A stretch of DNA of 64,000 nucleotides, from the NCBI GenBank assembly GCA_045627865.1, contig JAZQOK010000004.1, positions 6,663 to 70,662 on the forward strand, read 5' to 3'. The notes under the pieces were generated by a model, which did not search any database, had not been told where the DNA came from, and was given only the letters and a program-made list of their open reading frames with translations. Both the position numbers and the translations under genes were made by a program. This stretch comes from Bacteroidales bacterium. GTDB lineage: Bacteria; Bacteroidota; Bacteroidia; Bacteroidales; UBA3663. Shown here one piece after another: positions 39,472-47,363 of the stretch (positions are counted from its first letter, which is position 1; each line of letters opens with the position of its first letter).

Positions 39472-41009
39472 TACTCCTTCTTGGTGCTATACTTGTATCC
39501 CAGCTTCTTGTAGTGCTGTTTCAGCCAGGGGAGTCGCTCCATGAACTGATCGTAGTTGCGCTGCTCCTTCGGCATCCACTGTGCCTCGCAGAGAGCCGCC
39601 AGTCGGGGCAGAAGCATCCACTCGGCCTGCTGCGGATAGGCAATGTACTCTGACCACAGATTGGCCTGACAGCCCTTGATGTGTTTGGCCTGTTCGGGGG
39701 TCAATGACTCCGGTACCACAGGGATATTGTAGGCACGGCTGAGCGGTACATAGGCATCGAAGCTGAATGGCTCGTACTCATGGTTCTTGCTCTGATAGAA
39801 GTTCAGATAGCAGTAGTCGATCGGGGTCATGACGACATCGTGGCCTGTCTGGGCGGCAGCAATACCACCGTCCAAACCGCGCCAGGACATGATGGCCGCA
39901 GTCTGGCTGGCACCACCCTCCAGCACCTCGTCCCAGCCGATCATGGAACGGCCGTGCTCCTTGAGGAACTTCTCGGCTTCGCCCATCAGCCAGCATTGTA
40001 GCTGATTCTCGGCTGTGAGACCATCGTGAGTCTTGATGCCCAATGCCTGGATCTTGGCCTGGCACTTCGGGCATTGTTCCCAACGCAGCTTCGGACATTC
40101 ATCGCCACCAAGGTGTATGAGTTCCGATGGGAAGACGTCGATCAGCTCCTGCAGGACATCGCAGATGAAGGTCAGCACCTTCGGATTGCCGGCACAGAGC
40201 ACATCGTCGGCCACGCCCCAGATGCTCCAGACCTCGTAAGGACCACCGGTGCAACCCAGTTCAGGATAGCTGGCCAATGCAGCCACCATGTGGCCCGGCA
40301 GATCGACCTCAGGAACGATTGTGATGTGACGCTCGGCGGCATAACGGACCAGTTCGCGGCACTCCTCCTGGGTGTAGAATCCGGCATGGGGGGTGTCGTC
40401 GTAGATCGGCAGATTGTGTCCAATCACGGTATGCTTACGCACCGAACCCACTTCGGTCAGACGTGGATACTTCTTGACCTCGAAACGCCAGCCCTGGTCG
40501 TCGGTAATGTGCCAATGCAAGCGGTTGCAACCATGCAACGCTGCTATGTCAACATACTTCTTGAGCCACTCGAGCGGGAAATAATGACGGGAGCAGTCGA
40601 TGTGTATGCCGCGATATGGGAACTCCGGTGCATCCTGGATCCTGACATAAGGTAATTGGTAACTCTCGGTCAGCTCCGACAGTGAAGCCTGTTCCAGCTG
40701 CAGGGACTTGCGCAGTGTCTGCTGTGCGTAAAACAGGCCAGCCTCGGTCTTGGCCGTGATGCTGACGCCTTTCTTGTCGACTACGATTTCGTAAGCCTCG
40801 TCCGGATTCGGATACGAAGCCCAGTGCTTCTCTTTCTCGTTGATGCGCATTCGGATGGCCGATGCGGCATTCTCGGGCGATAAGACGAAATTCCCCTCTC
40901 GCAGCTCGATGCTGCGAGGCAGAGGAATCGTCTGATAATTAGCTACCGTCTGGGCCGAGGCCAGCGCCATGGCACCAAACGATAGCAATAGGATAGATAA
41001 TCTCTTCAT
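39471..41009 (-). CDS. Beta-N-acetylhexosaminidase (GH20)
   Basis: 512 aa with a signal peptide. It contains YRGIHIDCSRHYF, HWHITDDQGWR and the DLPGH..GGDE region. Confidence 0.9.
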   Translation of the reverse strand: MKRLSILLLSFGAMALASAQTVANYQTIPLPRSIELREGNFVLSPENAASAIRMRINEKEKHWASYPNPDEAYEIVVDKKGVSITAKTEAGLFYAQQTLRKSLQLEQASLSELTESYQLPYVRIQDAPEFPYRGIHIDCSRHYFPLEWLKKYVDIAALHGCNRLHWHITDDQGWRFEVKKYPRLTEVGSVRKHTVIGHNLPIYDDTPHAGFYTQEECRELVRYAAERHITIVPEVDLPGHMVAALASYPELGCTGGPYEVWSIWGVADDVLCAGNPKVLTFICDVLQELIDVFPSELIHLGGDECPKLRWEQCPKCQAKIQALGIKTHDGLTAENQLQCWLMGEAEKFLKEHGRSMIGWDEVLEGGASQTAAIMSWRGLDGGIAAAQTGHDVVMTPIDYCYLNFYQSKNHEYEPFSFDAYVPLSRAYNIPVVPESLTPEQAKHIKGCQANLWSEYIAYPQQAEWMLLPRLAALCEAQWMPKEQRNYDQFMERLPWLKQHYKKLGYKYSTKKE

Positions 41010-41212
41010 TACTTTACGAGGATCTTAGTGCACTTGCCATTCTCGGCATAGTCGGAGGCTTTGCCCGATGCGGTGTAGGAACCGATGTTCTCGAAGGTTA
41101 CATTCAATCGGCCGTACGATTGGGCCCTGAAGTAATCATTGACCGAGCCGTTCTCGCCCATGTGGTTGGAGGTGTTTAATCGTTCGCATATTACAAAAAG
41201 ACATATAACCAC
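41009..41212 (-). pseudogene. Possible remnant of an M6-like (immune-inhibitor-A type) metalloprotease gene
   Basis: A 67-aa ORF contains NGSVNDYFRAQSYGRLNVTFENIGSYT, which resembles the N-terminal conserved block of M6-family peptidases that are about 10 times longer. Its stop overlaps the GH20 ATG (TAATG). Confidence 0.3.
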
Positions 41213-41380
41213 TATTTTTCGCGCAAAAATAGCAAAATATATTCATTGTTTTCTGCTTTTAATAAAAAAGACGTATATTTGCATTGATTTTATACTATTG
41301 TATCTACTTTTGATACCTCATCGAGTCAAATTTACTCTCTATTAATTCTCTGCAAAAAGAACATCCGTACAGCATGAGTA

Positions 41381-41416
41381 CAAAACAAACGAGGCACCTC
41401 GTAATGAGATGCCTCG
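41381..41416 (-). terminator. Intrinsic terminator downstream of the large surface-protein gene
   Basis: 11-bp stem CGAGGCACCTC / GAGATGCCTCG with one mismatch and a 5-nt loop. On the minus strand it is followed by TTTGTTTTG. A second hairpin, CGGTAACA-N7-TGTTACCG, lies at 41434-41456. Confidence 0.6.
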
Positions 41417-41474
41417 ATTTTATTTATGGATTCCGGTAACATAGTAACTGTTACCGAAATGAGAGACTGTCAGG

Positions 41475-44400
41475 TTACTTGATCATCTGACCAGCAGCGT
41501 TGAAGGTGCGGCCATTTTTAACGATGATGAATTTGCCATTGATCATGTACTTGCCGTCCTTGACTGAAGCTGCAGCGTTGATGTTAGAGAGAGCAACGAG
41601 ATCGGTGAAGGTTACGGTAGCCTTGCAAGCCTGATAGAGTGCATTGATCTTGATGTAGATGGTCTGCTCTACCTGACCCTCGTTGTCGTAAATGCCAGTG
41701 TAACCAGTGCCCTGATACTCGATCTGAGACTCGGTCTCGCCAACGATCATGTAAGCTGATGGATAACCATCGAATGCAATGGTCATCTTCTTGCCAGCAG
41801 GAACTACGATGCTGTAGTAGTTAGCCAAACCACCATTGGCAATGCCTGCGATCTCGTTTTCGCCCTCTACGAGAACCTTAGCGGTAGCCATGGTCTCGCC
41901 CTCAGCATAGTCGCGGATTGAGAGGGTGAAGGTCTTGCCGGTAGCATCTTCCTGAGCAGTCAACTTGATGTTGAGAACATCGCCCTCCTTAACTTCGATC
42001 GATGAACCATAGCTGTATGACTTCTCACCAATGGTAACACCACCCATCACGTAACCGAGGTTAGAGAGGTCGAGCTTAACGACACCATCCTTGGTAGCGG
42101 TGTAAACATAGTAAGTATAGCTGTACTGGTAGGTTACAGGATCCATAACGCCCTGAGCAGGACCCTGAACTGGCTCGTCGGCGATGATGACGATTGGGTT
42201 CTCTTCTGTGCCAACTGGAGCAGGGATGTCAACTACGCAAGCATAAGCGCAGACGATAGCAGGAGCACCCCAGTTGTTCTCGGCCTTAACACCCTTCAGG
42301 TACTTGTAGTCAGCGATGTTGACTGAGTAGATGCCAGGAGCTGCGATGCCATAACGCTGGGTGAAGTCTGCTGTCTCGAATACTGAATCTGGGTGAGCAT
42401 AGAGGGTTACAACCTGATTCTTGACATCATCCCAGAACCAAACGCGGAGAGCAAGACCGTCGGTGGCAACGCTGCCGCCTGTGCTGCCCTCGGTGATAAC
42501 AAACGAGAGCTTCTCGTAGTCAGCGATGTTTACGTGGGTAGCCTCGTTGCTGCCGTCGCCGTCGCCGAATGACTCACCCTGAACTGCGAGAGTCTTTGGA
42601 TAAGTTACTGAGTTTGCCCAGTTGGTGTTGGTGCCGGTCAACTCCTTGAGGTCGATATTGCCCTCTGGGAGTTCTGCCATCATCTGGAGGAGAAGGTAAG
42701 CGGCCTCAGCATCGGTGAGCACCTTGAGCTGCTCGGCAGAGATGAGTGCCTTAGCGTCGTCGTTGAGTGTCTGGTAAGCTGCACGAGCCTCCTCGATGCG
42801 AGCCTTGCATTCGTCGGTGAACTCAACGGTACCGATAGCGTTGATCTTGTTGACTACGATAGCAGCAAGTACCTCGTTGAAGTCACCATCGAAGGTGTGG
42901 ATCTCGAGAGCGTAGAGACGTGTGCGGTTGTTGAGGGTGAGCTTGAGGTCACCCGTGCTCATGGCGATAGCGGTACGAGTCTGCTTTGAGGTCGAAGACT
43001 CGGTGATGCCCTCCATGAGGTCGCCAGTGATGACAGCTGCGTTGTCCTTGTTGTTCGAGCTCATCAGGAGCACGAGAGTATCACCTGCATTGATCTGTGG
43101 GATAGTCATATCGACAGTACCCTGCATCTGCATGTAGTACTCACCAGTTACACCGATCAGAATCTTGTCGGCTGCAGCCTTGAACTTAAGACCAGCGGTA
43201 AGACCGAGTGGTGATTCGCCGAGGAGGAGCTCCTCATTGTCGGTAGCAAGAGCATAAGAGTAGCGACCCTTTGAACTTGCGTTCCAGTGTGCTGCATCGT
43301 CGGCAATCTCTGGGTAGTTCTTGCCGTTAGAGAAGGTCCATGTACGTGGGCCAGCCTCCTTGACGGTCCAAGATGCTGAGAATTCAGTATTGAAATCACC
43401 GTTGGCATCCTTGAACATACCAGCAGGGATATTCAGGGTGTAGGTGCCAGGGGTATGGAGCATGTGATCCTCTGAGTCGAAGGTGAAACGAGCATAAACG
43501 GTTGTTGCGCCCTCCTCGCCCTCATAACCATATACATAGGCGTTGCCACCTACAGGCTGGTTGTTGGCATCGGTCAGGGTGATGTTACCCTCGTTGAGCG
43601 CGGTGATAGCGTTAGCTGCGGTGATTGAGAAGTTGTAAGCGAGTGCCTCAACCTCTGCGTCAGGAGCAACGTCTGCACCATTGACTACAGCGGTGATATC
43701 GAATGGCTGTGGAGTGCGAGTCTCCTTGATGGTCCAAGAGGCAGTGAACTCGGTGTTGAGTGCATTGTTGGCTGCCTTGAACATGCCAGCAGGAACGTGA
43801 ATGGTGTAGGTGCCAGGAGTGTGGAGGCAGTGATCCTCCGAATCGAAGGTGAAACGAGCATAAACGGTTGTTGCACCCTCCTCGCCCTCGTATCCAAATA
43901 CATAGGCGTTGCCACCTACAGGCTGGTTGTTGGCATCGGTCAGGGTGATGTTGCCCTCGTTGAGACCAGTGATAGCGCTGGCTGCAGTGATTGAGAAGTT
44001 GTAGTTGAGTGCCTCAACCTCCGAACCTGACTCAACTTCATAACCGTTAACAACTGAGGTGATAGCGAATGGTTCTACTGTCTCGCTCTCGATGATTACC
44101 CACTTTACAACGGCTGCTGCATTAGGGGCGCCATTCTCATCAACGAAAGTACCCTCTGGGATGTTGAGTACATAGGTGCCTGGGGTGGTGAAGTAATACT
44201 GCTGGAGTGCCATGAAACGGATATAAGCAGATTCTGCACCGAATGCCAGTACGCTTGCAGCACCGAAGTCCTTGCTGCTGTCTTCGAACAGCGAAAGGGT
44301 TGGGGTAGCGGTGCCCTGTGAGAGCTGCTTGCCAGTGGCGGTGATTGTGAACTGGTAGGCAATGCCGTCGGCCGAAGCCTCGACACCCATGATTGAACCA

Positions 44401-44894
44401 GCTACGCCGTTGTTTTCAACCGATGTCAAAGTGAATGGCTCTGCAGAACCACCACCGATGTTGGCATTCAATTCGATGGTTGGGATGTAGGCTTCTGCGT
44501 CATCGACCATGAATGTGCCATAATCCTCGATGTAGAGCTTGGTTGTGCCGGCAGGAATAGCTGCAGTATAACCATCCAAAGCTATGAATCCATCCAGGGT
44601 AATCTTGTTGCCCTCGATGGTGCAGGTTGAGCCATAGGCAATACTCCACACACCATACATCGCAGAGCCATCTTTGTTACCCAAGACCAGATAGGCTGCA
44701 TCTTCTTCGCCAAGAGCGACAATAGAGGTTGCACCTGGAAGTGTGATCTGCAGGCCGTTGAGATCCTCAAGGCTTGTTACAACTTGGTCGTCCATCGAGG
44801 TGGTGACAGTTTCTCCGTCCCACGCTGTGGCTTTCGCGAAAATACTCGTAATAGCCATGATGGATACCATGAAAAGAGATAAAATTTTTTTCAT
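41475..44894 (-). CDS. Large secreted cell-surface protein with tandem ~122-aa repeats and a C-terminal beta-rich tail resembling a T9SS sorting domain
   Basis: Start placed at ATG 44894 (MKKILSLFMVSIMAITSIFA, a signal peptide), with a TATTTTTG -7 box on the minus strand at 44972-44979. Two near-identical repeats (...NEGNITLTDANNQPVGGNAYV.GYEGEEGATTVYARFTFDSEDH.LHTPGTYT...) are accompanied by a diverged third copy. The C-terminus is ...KDGKYMINGKFIIVKNGRTFNAAGQMIK. Confidence 0.7.
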   Translation of the reverse strand: MKKILSLFMVSIMAITSIFAKATAWDGETVTTSMDDQVVTSLEDLNGLQITLPGATSIVALGEEDAAYLVLGNKDGSAMYGVWSIAYGSTCTIEGNKITLDGFIALDGYTAAIPAGTTKLYIEDYGTFMVDDAEAYIPTIELNANIGGGSAEPFTLTSVENNGVAGSIMGVEASADGIAYQFTITATGKQLSQGTATPTLSLFEDSSKDFGAASVLAFGAESAYIRFMALQQYYFTTPGTYVLNIPEGTFVDENGAPNAAAVVKWVIIESETVEPFAITSVVNGYEVESGSEVEALNYNFSITAASAITGLNEGNITLTDANNQPVGGNAYVFGYEGEEGATTVYARFTFDSEDHCLHTPGTYTIHVPAGMFKAANNALNTEFTASWTIKETRTPQPFDITAVVNGADVAPDAEVEALAYNFSITAANAITALNEGNITLTDANNQPVGGNAYVYGYEGEEGATTVYARFTFDSEDHMLHTPGTYTLNIPAGMFKDANGDFNTEFSASWTVKEAGPRTWTFSNGKNYPEIADDAAHWNASSKGRYSYALATDNEELLLGESPLGLTAGLKFKAAADKILIGVTGEYYMQMQGTVDMTIPQINAGDTLVLLMSSNNKDNAAVITGDLMEGITESSTSKQTRTAIAMSTGDLKLTLNNRTRLYALEIHTFDGDFNEVLAAIVVNKINAIGTVEFTDECKARIEEARAAYQTLNDDAKALISAEQLKVLTDAEAAYLLLQMMAELPEGNIDLKELTGTNTNWANSVTYPKTLAVQGESFGDGDGSNEATHVNIADYEKLSFVITEGSTGGSVATDGLALRVWFWDDVKNQVVTLYAHPDSVFETADFTQRYGIAAPGIYSVNIADYKYLKGVKAENNWGAPAIVCAYACVVDIPAPVGTEENPIVIIADEPVQGPAQGVMDPVTYQYSYTYYVYTATKDGVVKLDLSNLGYVMGGVTIGEKSYSYGSSIEVKEGDVLNIKLTAQEDATGKTFTLSIRDYAEGETMATAKVLVEGENEIAGIANGGLANYYSIVVPAGKKMTIAFDGYPSAYMIVGETESQIEYQGTGYTGIYDNEGQVEQTIYIKINALYQACKATVTFTDLVALSNINAAASVKDGKYMINGKFIIVKNGRTFNAAGQMIK
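43390..44121. repeat. Intragenic tandem duplication, 2 x 366 bp
   Basis: GGTGCCAGG recurs at 43443 and 43809, a period of 366 bp. About 130 nt around GAAGGTGAAACGAGCATAAACGGTTGTTGC...GGTCAGGGTGATGTT is nearly identical between the copies. Confidence 0.85.
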
Positions 44895-45350
44895 TGTATC
44901 GAAAAAATTAATTAATGAATAATAGATATAGAGAATTATTATTGTTTGCGGCTTGTAATTAAAAAACGATGCAAAAATACAGAAAATATTCAAAAAGACC
45001 TAATATTTTGAAAAAAATCTTTATATTGTCGCATGTTTTTGTCTTTTATATTTGAGATTTGTCATGTTTGACTGTTCTATAATTCAAGAAAGAAAAAAGG
45101 AAAACCGTTGCCGATTTTCCTTTTCCTCGCTTGAATTAACAAACGGAGCGTTTTTCATTGTGGGTAAGATCTAAAGTAAAATACTAAAAACTAAAACTGA
45201 AAACACATTTGGGCTAAACATCATGGTTATTTTTTTAAGGTGGTGCAAAGATAGGGGGATTTTCTGAGCCCACCAAAAAAAAAGATATGCTCTACAACAC
45301 AACAACCGATTGTTCTGCTGTAGAACATATAAAAAAGATACTATTTTGAA

Positions 45351-46001
45351 TTATTTCTTTGGCTTTCCTACCGGATTGTTCATGATTGGGAGCTGCTTTT
45401 CGGTCAAACCGAGCAGTTTGCGAATGGCATCGGTGTCGTGGGTAGCACGAGGTACTGTGACCAGACCGACGGCCTGGCAATAGAGGTTAATGTTCTCGCT
45501 CACATTGCCTGCATCGACACATCCCATCATGAGTGCCTGCTGATCGTTGGAACCGAACTTGTCGAAGTCAATAACCATGAGCAGGGATACTGGAGCATCC
45601 ATTACAAAGTCTTGCTTGAAGCTACCCTGCTTGCCTGCAATCAGCGCACGATGATCGCCCTGAGCCTTCGGGGTTAGCGTGTTGGCAACGGCATCGTATT
45701 CGAATACGCCCTCTTTCTGAAAGAGGAAAAGACGTATCTCGCGTTTGTTGCGGGCTGTAGGAGCTGTGCGGTGCTCCTTGTCACGGCTCATGCCGCAAGC
45801 CGCCCAGCAGAGGTCGCTCAGCTCTTGCTGCGAGAGTGGAGTAGCAGCATATTCGCGTACGGAGTGACGCGTCTGCAATGCCTCGACTACGGACATCGAC
45901 TGAGCCTTCATGTTTGGTTTCGGCAGATTGATTATCTGTTGTGCAAAGGCACTTGTACCCATCAGCAACAGAGATAGCAGAAGAATGTTCTTCGTTTTCA
46001 T
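45351..46001 (-). CDS. Nitroreductase-family protein with signal peptide
   Basis: 216 aa. MKTKNILLLSLLLMGTSAFA is followed by ...TRHSVREYAATPLSQQELSDLCWAACG, a nitroreductase fold signature. Confidence 0.75.
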   Translation of the reverse strand: MKTKNILLLSLLLMGTSAFAQQIINLPKPNMKAQSMSVVEALQTRHSVREYAATPLSQQELSDLCWAACGMSRDKEHRTAPTARNKREIRLFLFQKEGVFEYDAVANTLTPKAQGDHRALIAGKQGSFKQDFVMDAPVSLLMVIDFDKFGSNDQQALMMGCVDAGNVSENINLYCQAVGLVTVPRATHDTDAIRKLLGLTEKQLPIMNNPVGKPKK

Positions 46002-46024
46002 AATGTAGTGTGTTTAAAGGATTA

Positions 46025-47200
46025 TTATTGTTCAACTTTCGGTAGTTGACGGAAGTAAATAAGCGAATCGGTTTCGCCCAAACGGATGTGTCGCATCTCG
46101 GTGAGGATACGTTCGGGGTGGAAGGGGGCGACTTCGAAATAATCGGAACGGGCGGTGTTACAACCATAGACCTGTCCCGTCTGTGCCGCCTTGAACTGGC
46201 CATACAGCGGATTCTGGGCAAGCAGTGAGGCAAGTGTCCAGCTGGCTTCTGTGTCAAAGTATTTGAATACCCACACGTCGGCATCGCTGGCTTGTGCATA
46301 GACCGCTTCGGCTGATAATGCCAACGACCCACCATGCGTATCGTCGGCCCAAGGATACTGGAATCCAGCATCCTGATAGATCCAACTGGCCGAGCTGCGT
46401 CCGCCCGGAACATACCAGGTGGCGCCGTAGGGGAGGTCTGAGAGGATGGACCCCCCGTCCCCCTTTAGGGGGAGATCTGAGCTGTCGTTTTGGGATGCTA
46501 TGTTGTTATATTTTGTTTCGATTTCATTGAATAGCTGGTCGGCTTCGGCCGCTTTGTTGACAAGGCGGCCATAGAAGCGCATCCATTCGGCTCGGCCCAG
46601 GGGAGAGGTCTCCTGATAGTCGGCACAATAGATGATGGGAATCTGGGGTAGGATGGCGGTGATCATGGCTTGCGAGCCGGCATCGTAGGGGGTGACCCAG
46701 ATTGCCTCGCTGTTGGCCGAAAGGATAATCTCTGGGTTAGGTGCCATGCTACCTCCCGCCTCGACAATACGACCCGATTCCAATTGGGCCAGAACCTGCG
46801 GATTGAGGATATACTCGGCATCGCACAATACACCGACACAGTCGAGGGCTTGCAGCTCGGCATAGAGCGAGGCATGGCACGAGGCGGTCAACGTCTGTTG
46901 CCGGAGCGGAGTGTGCAGGGTCTGGATCCGTCCGTATTGCGCTTCGATTTCGTCCAGTTCTTCGTCGCTGAGGGTATCGCCCGGGATGAGCAGATACTGC
47001 ATGGCGATACGTTCGGGTTGCCACGGATTGAGGATGCGGCACAGGGTCATGCCATTGTCCAAGTCCTGCATCTGCAGGAGCGAGGCGTAGCGGGTCGATG
47101 CGCCGGTTTGCTGGAGTGGCTCTTCGGGGGTGCGTTGGTGGCAAGCCGAATTCACTCCGACCACGCAAAGAAGTAACAATCGATAGGCGGTTTTTCTCAT
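46025..47200 (-). CDS. ABC-transporter periplasmic binding lipoprotein (BtuF/FhuD-like, Peripla_BP_2)
   Basis: Start placed at ATG 47200 (MRKTAYRLLLLCVVGVNSAC, a lipobox). The architecture is that of an iron-chelate/B12 binding protein. It contains an in-frame palindromic-element insertion at 46448-46474. Confidence 0.65.
   Translation of the reverse strand: MRKTAYRLLLLCVVGVNSACHQRTPEEPLQQTGASTRYASLLQMQDLDNGMTLCRILNPWQPERIAMQYLLIPGDTLSDEELDEIEAQYGRIQTLHTPLRQQTLTASCHASLYAELQALDCVGVLCDAEYILNPQVLAQLESGRIVEAGGSMAPNPEIILSANSEAIWVTPYDAGSQAMITAILPQIPIIYCADYQETSPLGRAEWMRFYGRLVNKAAEADQLFNEIETKYNNIASQNDSSDLPLKGDGGSILSDLPYGATWYVPGGRSSASWIYQDAGFQYPWADDTHGGSLALSAEAVYAQASDADVWVFKYFDTEASWTLASLLAQNPLYGQFKAAQTGQVYGCNTARSDYFEVAPFHPERILTEMRHIRLGETDSLIYFRQLPKVEQ
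46448..46474 (+). repeat. GC-rich palindromic element, short form, inside a coding sequence
   Basis: GGACCCCCCGTCCCCC-TTTA-GGGGGAG. It is flanked by direct repeats GGAGGTCTGAG (46432-46442) and GGAGATCTGAG (46471-46481), spaced 39 nt apart. Confidence 0.85.
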
Positions 47201-47363
47201 TGTTGTGCGTTGTTTGGGTGCAAAGTTGCTTATTTTTTGTGAGATGACCAAACAAAACGACGTTATTTTTAATTTTATCGTCGGTTTTTAAACCTTTCGA
47301 CGATGCCTTTGTCCTACTCATATTATTATATATAATGGTTATATTTAATTTCTGCTTATTGTA

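Noticed and set aside
47201-47363. Cobalamin riboswitch upstream of the outer-membrane receptor and BtuF-like genes
   Set aside because: The divergent intergenic region is only about 160 nt and AT-rich. It lacks the conserved B12-box or GCCACTG-type core that I would expect.
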